From Lepidodermella squamata (lineage: Eukaryota > Animalia > Gastrotricha), in NCBI GenBank assembly GCA_047495785.1, contig JBLDXI010000025.1, positions 992,001 through 1,056,000 of the forward strand: a stretch of DNA of 64,000 bases. Direction: 5' to 3'. Positions within the stretch are counted from its first letter, which is position 1, and every line of letters begins with the position of its first letter. Below the pieces are notes generated by a model. That model had not been told where the DNA came from, made no database searches, and saw only the letters and a list, made by a program, of their open reading frames with translations. The translations under genes were made by a program, and so were the position numbers. Shown one piece after another: positions 25,344 to 36,988 of the stretch.

Positions 25344-26841
25344 ATGGCATCTTATAGCATTTTGTTTTCCATAACACTAGTCTTAGGAAATACACTATTC
25401 CTTGCAGCCATCGAGATATATATTCAGGCTCCCCGAAAGCCTCCAGCACTCACTGTGACTAGAAATGCGAATGAACCCGCCGAAAGTAAGGCGCGTTTAG
25501 CTATTATAATAAATATTGGGATTGATTAATTTTTTCAGCTCGCCATCTAACCACCCGGAAACCAACGAGGGTTGTAATACCGCATAGTTATTCGGAGGGT
25601 CGCATTTTATCGAGGGACAGGGTTGGCTCTACGCTAAAGTCTTCGCGCACAACGACTACAAAGGCAACGACAACAAGAACTACGACTATTAAAACAACGA
25701 CTACCAGAACCGCAAGGATTACAACCACGGCACCTAGAACAGTCAAGCCAAAGCAGACTGGTGCCCCTAAAACCAAAACAACCACACAGTCCACCACCAC
25801 GACCACCACCCAGGCGAGTACTACAGAAACGACGACAACGACCCCTGCAACTACGGTAACCACAACAATTAAAGCCGCAATAGCTGGGTCACTGTCGACA
25901 GTAGTCAATCCAGCCGATGCCGGATGTGGCGTGAGCAAATACGTCGGAGAAGGGTACTCCTCAGTTCCACGCTCCAGAATTGTTGGCGGCACCAGAGCTG
26001 CTGAACTGGAATTCCCATGGCAATCGTTCCTTTTGATATACAGCCAAATAAACCAGGGCTATTTCATCTGCGGTGGCAGTCTCATCGATGAAACATGGGT
26101 GATCACTGCTGCCCACTGCTGCGACCTGGCCTCGTCGGCTGGGTGAGTTTCGCATGATGGACTAGCTTAATTACAAATTGTGATTTGCAGGGATATTACA
26201 GTCCATCTTGGCAACAATACTTTATTCGACAATATAGGGAACATCGGGCAGTTCCCATATCAGAATTCAGCTATACGTATGGTGAAACATAGCGGATACG
26301 TTCCAGTAACTTACACTAACGATTACTGCCTTCTTCAAGTTCCAAGTGAGATTTCGAAAGGGGTTTTGAAGGAGGTTAAATACATGTTCTTGAAATAGCT
26401 GTCAGTTTGACCACGTGGAACATTCAACCGATCTGTTTGCCCAGGCAATGCGATTCTTCGTTCAAGGGAGAATGCGTTGCTGGTCAGAATGTCACGGCAA
26501 GTGGATGGGGTCATACCCAAACCGCAGGATCGCTGTCAAGCAATCTGAATTTTGTCCCGATTCCGATCGCCAATTTTGACGAATGCGCCCGTAAATTCGT
26601 CATGCCGCTCGACTCGAACAGTATGATGTGTGCTGGCGGTCTCGCGGGCCAGGGTGTCTGTCAAGGGGACTCAGGCGGACCTCTTTCCTGTACGGTCGAA
26701 GGCCGCCACTACTTGACGGGCATGGCTTCGTTCAACGACGCGGAGGGATGCGCATTGCGCATGCCTTCCGTTTTTGCGAAAGTTTGCACTGTTCGCTCAT
26801 GGATTGATTCGACGATGAATAGCAACAGTAGACAAGGCTGA
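25344..26841 (+). CDS. Secreted S1A serine protease B (close paralog of A); exons 25344-25485, 25539-26142, 26191-26345, 26399-26841
   Basis: Signal peptide; Thr/Arg-rich stalk; RSR|IVGG; TAAHC, NDYCLL, GDSGGP; same intron positions as A. Confidence 0.9.
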
Positions 26842-27316
26842 GACAAAAGGTTCCATAGGTTCCCGACTGTCTGAAGGCATTCACTTATTGTTATATTCAA
26901 GCTTCCAATAAAACAACTAATCTTCATTGATCTTCCTTGAAACAAACTACGCATTCAAATTGTGACTACCAATTTCCCTATACTTCACATGACTCTCATA
27001 TCTCATAAAACAACAAGTTCTTTAGCTTTCTGAGTAGAGCCGGACATCGCAGGAGTGTATAAAAGAATCGGTGACACTAATTTCATCCATCAACAAATTT
27101 TATCTCGACTGTGATCTCGAATGTTATCGAGAATGTTGTTACAAAAAATGAAATTTAAGAAGTCAGAAAGCCGCGACACATCTTTCAGAGCGGACACAGC
27201 AATAAAATTGTAATTGCCAAATGACTACAAAGCATGTGAACACTAACATGACTGTGATGATGTGTGAAAGACTGCGCCTGAAGTTATTAATTGATGAGCA
27301 CTCGGGTTTAAACGAA

Positions 27317-27541
27317 ATGGTTTTAGCTTATGCAATTTTGAGCCCGATGTTTCTTGCTGTAGTAGTCTCTGCTTGTGCCTCGGGCATTCCGAGCACTCCG
27401 AACCCAGCAAGATCGATTTATGGCCAACAGCCAAACGTCATCACCCCCTCGCCTGGGCAGACTACGGCCAAGGACGTCAATTTGTACGATACCACAACGC
27501 AGCGACCATCGACGATAACTACCAGAAAGGATGGTGGCTGA
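27317..27541 (+). CDS. Small secreted Thr-rich protein 1 (novel motif family)
   Basis: From the internal Met: MVLAYAILSPMFLAVVVSA-C..., motif PNVITPSPGQTTAKDVNLYD shared with three neighbours; TATAAAAG at ~27058. Confidence 0.6.
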   Translation: MVLAYAILSPMFLAVVVSACASGIPSTPNPARSIYGQQPNVITPSPGQTTAKDVNLYDTTTQRPSTITTRKDGG

Positions 27542-28070
27542 AATAGATGTTGGCGTCCATGCTTTAGGTCTTAGCACAATCACAGCTAACTCATTTTGAA
27601 CGAAATAAATCGTCGAAAGGCACAAGTAGCTTTTGATTCAAGCCGATTTAGAAATATAATGGATTTTCGGAATGCTTCGATCGCCAAGGAAACATCTAGT
27701 TTTAACTTTTAGGGTTAAAATCGAAGCAAGGAAGCAAGGAAGCAAAGAAGTCATGGCCAAACGTGATCAGATGAACTTATTATCCCAGGTCTCAGGGCTT
27801 ACTTTTACCGTCGCTATTCCATTGAAGGTTGATATCGGACAATTTTAGCTGAATAGATGCGATACTTATGACTAAATAGTCATTTAAGGAGTTAAGACTG
27901 GGTTTTAAAAAACTGTGGTTACCTCGACACAGGGAACTGAAGAGTGTTAATAAGACGTGCTTCAATTAATGTAAGATGCCTTGCCTGCTTTGAAGATTCG
28001 TGGCTTTATTAATAAAGCCGCCAAAGATAACTGGCAATATACACAGTTCTTCTAATGCCGCAACAGGAGA

Positions 28071-28553
28071 ATGTTTACCGGGCCCGGTCTTTTAGCTGTT
28101 TTTATCCAGTTTATATGTGATCTCCCTACAGTTCAGGTTTGTGCATCATCGCCTGAGCCTGAGCGAAAGGTTGCTACAGATTCACCAGTGATAACGCCTC
28201 CGCCTTGGGCCACCCTTCCGACTGATCTTAACTTCGATGACAACTCTTCGACGAGTCAGGAAACTACTTCAATTTCGACAACAAAACTGCCGATGAGTTC
28301 AACTGCTGCTGCAATCACTACCGCCACGGCCATTACTACTACAACAACTAGCTCCACTAATCCAGCGAGCTCTACTACGATGCCAGCGTCTGTAACCACG
28401 ATGGCTACAACAAAAACTACAACTAATAAGGCTCCATCCTCTACTACTACCACCGCTAGTACTACTACTACAACTACTACAACTACTACTAAAGTTGCTA
28501 TGACTACTAATACCACGAGGGCAACAACAACACGTCGTCGCATGCCTGGTTGA
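28071..28553 (+). CDS. Small secreted Thr-rich protein 2 (novel motif family)
   Basis: Hydrophobic N-terminus, C, RKVATDSPVITPPPWATLPTDLNFDD, long Thr/Ser tract, ends TTRRRMPG. Confidence 0.75.
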   Translation: MFTGPGLLAVFIQFICDLPTVQVCASSPEPERKVATDSPVITPPPWATLPTDLNFDDNSSTSQETTSISTTKLPMSSTAAAITTATAITTTTTSSTNPASSTTMPASVTTMATTKTTTNKAPSSTTTTASTTTTTTTTTTKVAMTTNTTRATTTRRRMPG

Positions 28554-29457
28554 TGTCAAAACTACAGTAGAATGCGATCGGCTATATTTACACCTGGAAC
28601 AAATCGCTAGCGAACATTTTTTTGGTATTTTCTTTCAACTGGGCAAGCCGAATGACAAATTTCTCCATAGAGTCTGTTGCACATTCTGAGTAGCTAAAAG
28701 CCCTGATAGCTGCATACTTGAAATTGTTCAAAAGTCGTATCCAGCTTGGAAAAAGACAATTTTCATACTATTTCAACAAGAAGATTGATTTGCTGATTAT
28801 CTCAAGACCAATAGGTTTCACAAGTTGAGGCTTCGTTGGTTGAAATTTGATTGGCTATTCAAACGGATTTCATTCACCAATCTTCTTTTCGTTGCTATTA
28901 TGCTCGCCAAATTAGTGTATTATGCTCCTGGAAATTTTTGACTTGTTACATTGCTGCCATGTTGCTCGTTTGTTACAGTAGCCAAATATTAACAGATGAA
29001 AAACCCCATTGACTTAGCTCACGGCAAATATTAAAAAGGTGTAGGCGTGTATTTTTTCCGCGTTTATAAGCCAATGCTGTGACTTTTTTCAAACATAATG
29101 TGATTATCTTCGGGAGAAACATATATTATGAAAAAATCATCGCGAAATTCATCGGCACTTTCCACCGAGATGAAAGTCGAATGTATCTGCCCTTTTAGAT
29201 TTGGCCGCGGAACTTTCTCACATCTTAAACGTCAACTTTCATATCTGCCTATAAATGTTAGATTTCCGCAATTAATGCACTAGTTTCAAGATGTTTACAA
29301 CCACCAAGCACGCCACTGCAAAAGGCATGACGCTCATAAATGTTTCTGTAAAAAATGAAGCACTACACTAATGATCACGAAAGTAATGTTCATATACTGT
29401 GTACCTGTTTCACATTCAGCATTATGTTGATTCTACTCGGAGAATTAGAAAACTAGA

Positions 29458-29760
29458 ATGATGTCAAGCAACCTGATGGTATTAACAGCAGTTATTACGA
29501 TGCAACTTGCACCATTTGTCGATCTCTGCCAATCAGTATCCGACGATCGCAAGAAAGTGACTGATCCACCGGAGATAACCCTGCCGCCTGGCGAGTCCAC
29601 GCCGAAAGACTTTGATTACAACGAATTGTCAACGGCAACACCACCTAAAACTGCAGCGCCGACTACAACAACTACAACAACAAAAGGTACTACAACAACC
29701 ACTACCACTACTACTACGAGGCCCACTACTAGTCGCACTACACGGAGAACTGGAAGATAA
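29458..29760 (+). CDS. Small secreted Thr-rich protein 3 (novel motif family)
   Basis: Hydrophobic N-terminus, CQ, RKKVTDPPEITLPPGESTPKDFDYNE, poly-Thr, ends TTRRTGR. Confidence 0.75.
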   Translation: MMSSNLMVLTAVITMQLAPFVDLCQSVSDDRKKVTDPPEITLPPGESTPKDFDYNELSTATPPKTAAPTTTTTTTKGTTTTTTTTTTRPTTSRTTRRTGR

Positions 29761-30097
29761 TTCATAACTATCTTAAATTAAAGAATTGTTTAATAATATC
29801 AGCCGTATAAAACAAATGCCAGTCAACTATTTGAGATCATTGACAGACAGACAGCCTTAACAGCAAATAACCAAAATAGCAGATGAGACAAAACAGCTAG
29901 ATCATGTAAAAAGAGTGTTTTCGCTGTCATGTCGCAAGTAAAAAAATTTGATTTTCTTCGCTTTCGCTGTTATGCGCTATTGCAAGGAAAAATCAACAGG
30001 TCAGAAAAATCGACTTTTTGCCTCTCCGACGCCTTGGTACTCCTTACGGGAGATCTCAGGTCATCTTGGTGAACTCTCTCGATCTCCAACCGTATTT

Positions 30098-30354
30098 CTG
30101 GAAGCTTCTAATAATGATTTTCAAATTCTCCGTACTCGATTTAGTAACCAATGATCTGTTACAGAGATCTCGACCGCCCAAAGTCATTCGACGAAAAGGT
30201 GTTACTGGTTAAGATGACACCCTAACCCACCCAAACTAAAGTTGACTGATGAAGATCTCCTGAGACTCACTATTTGAAGATGAACCCGCTAAAACATCCT
30301 TGCTTTACTAAATCGAGTACGGACAATTTGAAAATCAATATTAGAAGCTTCCAG
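30098..30354. repeat. Inverted repeat (~50-bp arms, ~155-bp spacer), probable MITE/foldback remnant
   Basis: 30098-30147 CTGGAAGCTTCTAATAATGATTTTCAAATTCTCCGTACTCGATTTAGTAA is the reverse complement of 30305-30354 with 2 mismatches. Confidence 0.75.
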
Positions 30355-30936
30355 GAGCTTCATCCTCCGCTGCGATATTTTGAGATTTTCCGGGAAAACG
30401 GGGAACTTTGAACCCGACTTTTTCTTATCGAATTTCCTATTCAAAAGGCATTCAACGCTGCAGTTTCGGCGAATCGGCGCTATACAGTCTACATTTGTTG
30501 TAGGAACGACGCGGCGCATGGAGTAAACCTGGGCTACTGCTGCCGCGGAAGATCTTTTCGTGGTGGGGTGCTGAGAAAACATCGATAGCTCAACTATTTA
30601 GTAACGAATAAGAATCATATGCGGTCAAATCTTCTGGCAGTGGTCTTGCAAATTGTTCTAAACGGCTTGGGATTTTGAGGATTTCGGGGTCACTGACGTT
30701 CCAAAGACACGTGATGGCACTCGCCAAATCCTAATCCTAATTCCTAATTATTCATTGGCAGATAAGACTATTCTTGACTCGGTCGTGGCGAGATTTCATG
30801 CTCATCTTGTTGTAAAAACCTCTGAAGTCAATAATTGAGATAGAGTGACGAAAGCACGAAAAACTTTTGAATACTTACACACGCTGCATAAAAACTTACT
30901 ATCAAAGCTGTACAAATTACAAATTCACGCCAATAA

Positions 30937-31194
30937 ATGTTGCTGCTACGTGGATCAACTAGGCTAGCTCTCATCATGCTCCTACCAACTGTTTACCTTT
31001 GTCAACCTGACCCAGGACGAATACGGCCGACAGATCACCCAGTAATCACATCTCCTCCTGGAGCAAGGCCACCAGTCGACAGAAATCCTGATGACACAAC
31101 TCCATTTGACGTTATACCTGATTGGAGGTTCCTCTCAAGTCTGACGGAAATTAAGTCAACTCCAACCCCAGAAAACGGCAATGTTCCAAAATGA
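30937..31194 (+). CDS. Small secreted protein 4 (novel motif family, lacks long Thr tract)
   Basis: MLLLRGSTRLALIMLLPTVYL-CQ, RIRPTDHPVITSPPGARPPVDRNPDD; AATAAA just downstream. Confidence 0.7.
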   Translation: MLLLRGSTRLALIMLLPTVYLCQPDPGRIRPTDHPVITSPPGARPPVDRNPDDTTPFDVIPDWRFLSSLTEIKSTPTPENGNVPK

Positions 31195-31248
31195 AATTTT
31201 AATGAATTTAGATTAATAAATTGCTTTCAAATAAGTAAAGCGTTTGTC

Positions 31249-32564
31249 TCATAACTCGAAAAGTTTCTCTTTAGCTTCTGCGGGCAGTAGTCTAACCGGA
31301 GATTTCAGGATACCTCGTAGCAGCCTCTCAAAGTCGAGGGTAATCAATTGGCAGATCCTGCATATCTTGCGGCAAGCATCTGTTGACATGGTTGTTCTTC
31401 GTAGATTACCACTGCTTAGATTGCTATTCAACTCTGAGATAACATCCAACGCCTGAGCGATTGTTTCACATCGACCGAGCTCGAATAGAAGGACAGGGGG
31501 ATTGTAACACAGCCGAAAGATTTCTTGCTCTCGCCAGTTTTTCAAGCCATGAATCGCAGTTTGACAGACCTTGGCTAGGCGCTTCTCTTTAGCACAAGCA
31601 GGTGCTGTAAGGTCACGAATAACTTGGGCGATCTTGTCAATCGAGAATGAATCGCCCAGTCTCTGCTCGATGATCTCCTTCAGAACTGCTGATTCATCTG
31701 AATTGATTGTTGCACTGCTGCTTGAAGTTCCCAGCCTTTCTTTATCGCGCGGTGGCAGAATCGAGTCGAGCTTCATTATGATCGGCAGGCTGGCCTCGAC
31801 TCGAAAGAAATTGAAGATGTTGTAAAGAATCTCAACAACACAAGTTCGCATATCGTCGAACGCTGTCATAACAGCTTCGTTGCAGTAGGGGAGGAGCATT
31901 CCTCCCAAAATGTTTTCTGACTCCTGTTTGACCATTTCCAGAGCCTCACGGGTTCTATCAAAGGGGGCCTTGTTTCTCCCTGAGTTATCTATTTGAATTT
32001 CGCTGAAATGTGATTCCATTTAGAATTCGATTATGTGTAAATGAAATATTCAACTTACCCTAGGTCGTCTGGAGGCCAGAGGGTTTCTTTCTGGGCTTCT
32101 TCCGGAGGTTTCACCTCAGATTCGCGCGATGGCATAGCATCTAAAATAATTGTCTCAGTGAGAGCAAATACATTGTCATTTGCTTCGGCTCGAACAAATA
32201 TGTTCTCTGGCTCAGTCTGAAGTTCACCATCAATTTTCTCGTTTGCTGAGCTCTCAGTCATTACATGAGCAGTTGGCGTCAAATTTTCTTGCACAGGTTT
32301 GAGCTCTGACAGAGACGATGTTTGGTCAATCGATTTGCCAGGCTCAGATGGTGACTGATCGATGATCGCATCAGTTGATAGCTTTTCACTTTTGATTTCA
32401 GCATTACTGCCGTCATTAATAATTGATGGCTCTTGATTCGCAGCGGAAACACTTTCAGAATTAGGTATCGCTTCGGATGAATTCAAATCGCTGTGAGCAT
32501 TGCTGGAGAGAACCCTAATATCCGCCGATACTGAAGAAGCTTCTTGCAAATCCAAAGAACTCAT
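31249..32564 (-). CDS. Hypothetical protein; acidic Ser-rich N-terminus plus predicted helical C-terminal domain; exons 32564-32059, 32002-31249
   Basis: Two long ORFs joined in frame by a 56-nt GTAAG...TTTCAG intron; no recognised domain. Confidence 0.65.
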
Positions 32565-33060
32565 CAATATGGTTGGAGGTTAAACTTGTATCTCTGTAGG
32601 AAAGAAATGTGAGTTCAATGGCTCAGAGAAATGCGAATGAATGGAAGATGAGCGTTTTATTCATCTCTTGCGAATTAAGTTTTTTTCATGCGTGCAATTC
32701 AATCGATAAAACACAGCTGTGGCTTTTGATTGACACGTATGCAGCTTTTGTTCACCTAACAACTCCAGGGACTACGAATAAGTTCAAACGCCCAATTGCA
32801 TTATTATGAGGATAAATTTGGAAGGAGGAGGCGAACAGGTTTTACCATTTACAACAAGTTTAATTGCTATGAGTAAGCGGAAACCGTGTAGGTAAATTGA
32901 CCTGTGATGCCTGCTAGGTTCATCAAATTGCTGCCAGCTTCTTCCAGCCTATTGTAAACATAAGAACGTGCGTGACGGCGAAGACACGTTCTTGTCCGTG
33001 TTAGCTTCTCTTAAGAACGACAATGCATGGAAAGAGAGATAAAAGTCGTGTCTTTAAAAA

Positions 33061-34834
33061 ATGAGGAAAGTTTTGAAGTTGCTACTACTGATACTACTGA
33101 TAGGGTTGCTTGATTTTGCGGATAGGGTGAGTGGTTGCCAGATTTCTCAAACTCCGGCAAGAGGAAAAGAGACTTCGCAGACAACAACAACAACAACTAC
33201 TACTACTACAACGACCACAACGAAACCTACAACAAAAACTGTTTCCTCGACGTCAACCTCAACAACCAGAGCCCCTTCGACAACACCTAGCACAGCAGCA
33301 GCATCAACCCCGACTACAACATCTTCTTCAACAACTCCTAGCACTACTACAACGACTGCTTCAACAACGGCCTCATCGGCTACCACTAGCTCTTCAGCGA
33401 CCACTGCTAGCACTACAGTAACGATAACCACCCCAACAACTACTACAACTACTACTACTACTACACCTGCTCCAACAACCACAACGACTACGACTACAAC
33501 CCCAGCACCAACCACCACTACTACTTCAACTACGACCCCAACCCCAACAACCACTACTTCAACTACTCCTGCTCCAACAACCACAACCACTACGACTACA
33601 ACCCAAACCCCAACTACCACTACTACTTCAACTACGACCCCAACCCCAACAACCACTACTTCAACTACTCCTGCTCCAACAACCACAACCACTACGACTA
33701 CAACCCAAACCCCAACTACCACTACAACTACGACCCCAACACCAACAACCACTACTTCAACTACTCCTGCTCCAACAACCACAACCACTACGACTACAAC
33801 CCCAGCACCAACTACTACTACTACTACAACTACTACTACGACTACAACAACTACCACCCCAGGGTCAACGACTCAGACTTATACTAACCGATGCGGCCAT
33901 ACTCAGTACAACAACTCGGGAGAATCCGCTGGTAGCACCTATAGGATCGTTGGAGGAGTGAATGCTTTGACCAATGAGTTCCCATGGCAGTCATTCCTCT
34001 ACATTTACTCGAGAACGGCAAAGAGTTACTACCTATGTGGCGGAAGTTTAATCAGTGATTCTTGGGTATAGGCTCTGAACTCCGAATTCGACCCATTATC
34101 TCAAAATGCCTTTTTTAACAGATATTAACTGCAGCCCATTGCTGTGTGTTGGCTACTGTAGGCTCAGATATACAGGTCTATCTCGGTGGAGCGAATTTGA
34201 GCCTACCCTTTGCCTATGGAAGGAGCGCACTATCTATGACAGTACATGCAGATTACAACAAATCTGGGCGGACAGAAAATGACATATGCTTGCTGAAAAT
34301 CCCGAGTGAGTAGGGTTAAGCTATCAGGTTTTATTTCATTGCGTAATTCTTTTGTTTAGCTGTGGCATTGACATCATGGTCGATCCAACCGATTTGCCTC
34401 CCGTTAGACTGTAGTAGTACCTACGAATGCCAGGCTGGCACGAATGCAATTGCGTCCGGCTGGGGCTTAACTGCAACTAGTTAGTCAAAAATTCTAACAG
34501 ATTCTATCATTTTGATGATTCTCTGTCCCTAATAGATGGTTACACGTCCACAATGTTGAAATGGGTGAAACTGCCTGTAATCGATTGGAATGCCTGTAAG
34601 AGTTTTTGGTCCATTCTAACCAGTGGCCAAGTCTGCGCTGGAGGCATCAATCTAGAAGGAGTGTGCCAAGGTGATTCGGGCGGTCCGTTGACCTGTGTTA
34701 TCGATGGGAGGAGCGTCATAAATGGTATAACTTCATACGGATCAGCCGCTGGGTGTGCCCTCAGCAATGTCCCGAACGTTTTCACGCGAGTTTGCCAATA
34801 CAAGGCGTGGATTGATTCAGTAATGCAGGCATGA
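33061..34834 (+). CDS. Secreted S1A serine protease C with ~230-aa PTS mucin stalk; exons 33061-34065, 34122-34305, 34360-34479, 34536-34834
   Basis: Signal peptide; (T)nPAP/PTP repeats; YR|IVGG; TAAHCC, NDICLL, GDSGGP. Confidence 0.9.
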
Positions 34835-35104
34835 GACTAAAGCTTGGATACTTATTTATTCTAGCGTTTTATCAATCAAATGATTCACTAGCAACAAATC
34901 TAGTTGATTAGCTCAAAACCTTCAGAATGCTCTTGCTAATAAACCGTTTTGGCAACGGGTTTATCATCTAGTTTTAGCTGTATATGGCAGCTAAAAATGC
35001 GGGGTTTGAGCTGCTAAACCAGATTTCGTGTCTAGTGTTGACATTTCTCAATTTAAAATATGGGGAAATAAAGTCTTAAATAAACGCGGTGCTGCAAATC
35101 ATCT

Positions 35105-35401
35105 TCATTCGTTTGAGGCCTCCGGGACAACGACTGGGGATTCAGTGGTCGTCGTCGGCGGGCGTGATCCACGCGGCGGTGGTGGTGGTGGTCGGGAGTG
35201 AGGCGGGCGGCCAGCAGTTCCATTGCGGTGGGGTGGAGGAGGCGGGCGGCTGCCATTCGGAGGAGGAGGCGGGCGACTGCCGTTTGGCGGTGGCGGTGGC
35301 CGTGAGAATTCGCCGTTATCGGGGCGCTCACTTTCTTCAGCCGAGACTATGGCAGTAAAAACTGCTACAGCCAAAACGCAAGAAATGATCAAACGAACCA
35401 T
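35105..35401 (-). CDS. Secreted Pro/Arg-rich peptide precursor
   Basis: Signal peptide MVRLIISCVLAVAVFTAIVSA, acidic spacer EESERPDNGEF, repeats of (NG)SRPPPPP; TATA-like TTATATAA at 35461-35468. Confidence 0.8.
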   Translation of the reverse strand: MVRLIISCVLAVAVFTAIVSAEESERPDNGEFSRPPPPPNGSRPPPPPNGSRPPPPPHRNGTAGRPPHSRPPPPPPRGSRPPTTTTESPVVVPEASNE

Positions 35402-35980
35402 GTTTTTTTTTTACTACAGCGCTGTGAAAGTGTATGTAACGATGCAGTGAATTTCCCGACTTATATAAGCGCCAGTTGTCTTGTGTCGTGCTGCGGGGTT
35501 TTGTTCTGTGCCATTGAGCGAGAAAAAGACCAATTCAAAGCTAATTTTTGCACGCGAAGCAAATAAGTAGGTCGTTCGGCGTTCTGGTCGTTTCGCCAGA
35601 ATGATTTTTGGCAGCATGTCAAATTTTGTAACTTTCTACCATTTTCGAGATGCGAGTTTCCTGGTAATGGCTGTTACACTGCATTTTGCGGTGAACGGTG
35701 AATGTGCAGTTTCTATTCAATCTTTCTCCGCAGAACATTTCACTGAAAACTGCTTTATGACCATTTACCATTTATTGTTACAACTACAGTGCTTTGCGTC
35801 ATATAACCATTTGACATTTGTTTAAATTTGAGTTTTACTTGCAAAATAGGTGTATCTTAAATAGCAAAATGAAAAGGAAGCTCTTATTCAGTGTTTGATA
35901 ATTGGAAGTTTGATAGGGTTTTGATGCGGGAACCCAGTCGAGAAGATAGGCGCTCGCGATGTTGACACCGGGCCAGGCGA

Positions 35981-36301
35981 TCAACGGCGAGGCCGCGTTG
36001 TTCCCCACGAGTCGGTTGAGAAAGGTCCTCGAGTTGTTCCCCAGTTTTCAGTTGAAAACGGTCCTCGAGTTGTTCCCCAGTTTTCGGTCGAAAAAGGTCC
36101 ACGAGTTGTTCCCCAGTTTTCAGTTGAAAACGGTCCTCGAGTTGTTCCCCAGTTTTCAGTTGAAAACGGTCCTCGCGTTGTTCCCCAGCTTTCGGTCGAA
36201 AAAGGTCCACGAGTTGTTCCACGTGTCTGTGGAGTTGTCGGGGCTGCCGAGACAGCAGCGACGAGCAGCGTTACAGTCAAAGCAGCGATAACACGAGCCA
36301 T
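35981..36301 (-). CDS. Secreted protein made of six 12-aa tandem repeats (TTRGPFSTENWG)
   Basis: Signal peptide MARVIAALTVTLLVAAVSA; 36-bp DNA tandem repeat at ~35995-36220; basic C-terminus TTRPRR. Confidence 0.75.
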   Translation of the reverse strand: MARVIAALTVTLLVAAVSAAPTTPQTRGTTRGPFSTESWGTTRGPFSTENWGTTRGPFSTENWGTTRGPFSTENWGTTRGPFSTENWGTTRGPFSTDSWGTTRPRR

Positions 36302-36988
36302 AGTTAGAATTCAGAAAATAATCCTGCAGAACTGAATGAGTTCATTTCGGTCAGACTTATAAACCTGAGTCATTTGCATGAGAAATTATTCTCGGAAATT
36401 AGCCCTAATTTCGATACAAAAACTCGTTTGCAAATATTGATCGAATTCAATCGTGTGGTGTAAGGACGAAACCTCACCTAGTTTGTCCTAACTCGGTCTA
36501 ATTACCATAGTTCTCAGATGAAAGAAAGCCTGTTATAGCCTTGAAAATTGAGACAATGTGACTCCAATTGTTGATGCTCGTATGAAATGGTATATGGATA
36601 TAGAGCGAAATTTTCTGTTTAATCTGAGAATGGGCGGTGAATTGGCTTTTTGAGATGTTGCGATGGCAAAGTAGCGCATGAAGTGCAACTAAAATGTTCT
36701 TTTATTCGTTTATAATGTTGACAACATTTCAACACAATCAAATGTCATCACCAGGTCCAAATACCAAATACTCCTTTTTCTTCTCAAGATATGGGAGTTT
36801 ATAATGTTTTCCGTCGAATTTGTAATTTCCACCCATAGATTCCTAATTTATGGAATGTAATGACCAAATTTAAGTACCTCAAACCAACGTCGGCGATATT
36901 TATGAAGCATAGACAATTCTTTTATTTCTAAATGAATAAATAAATTCTAGCAAGGTACTGCAGGATAGAATGATTCGTCAGTCTCTGC

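Noticed and set aside
33147-33857. Poly-Val ORFs (also 23053-23514, 25588-25992, 28256-28543, 42917-43561) as membrane proteins
   Set aside because: Antisense shadows of ACN Thr-codon tracts.
35995-36220. 36-bp repeats as a CRISPR array
   Set aside because: Head-to-tail repeats with no unique spacers, in frame within a signal-peptide ORF; eukaryotic context and no cas genes.
35884-36291. Alternative-frame repeat ORFs (EQLEDRFQLKTG; LELFPSFQLKTV)
   Set aside because: Open only because of the 36-bp period; the frame with ATG, signal peptide and upstream TATA is preferred.
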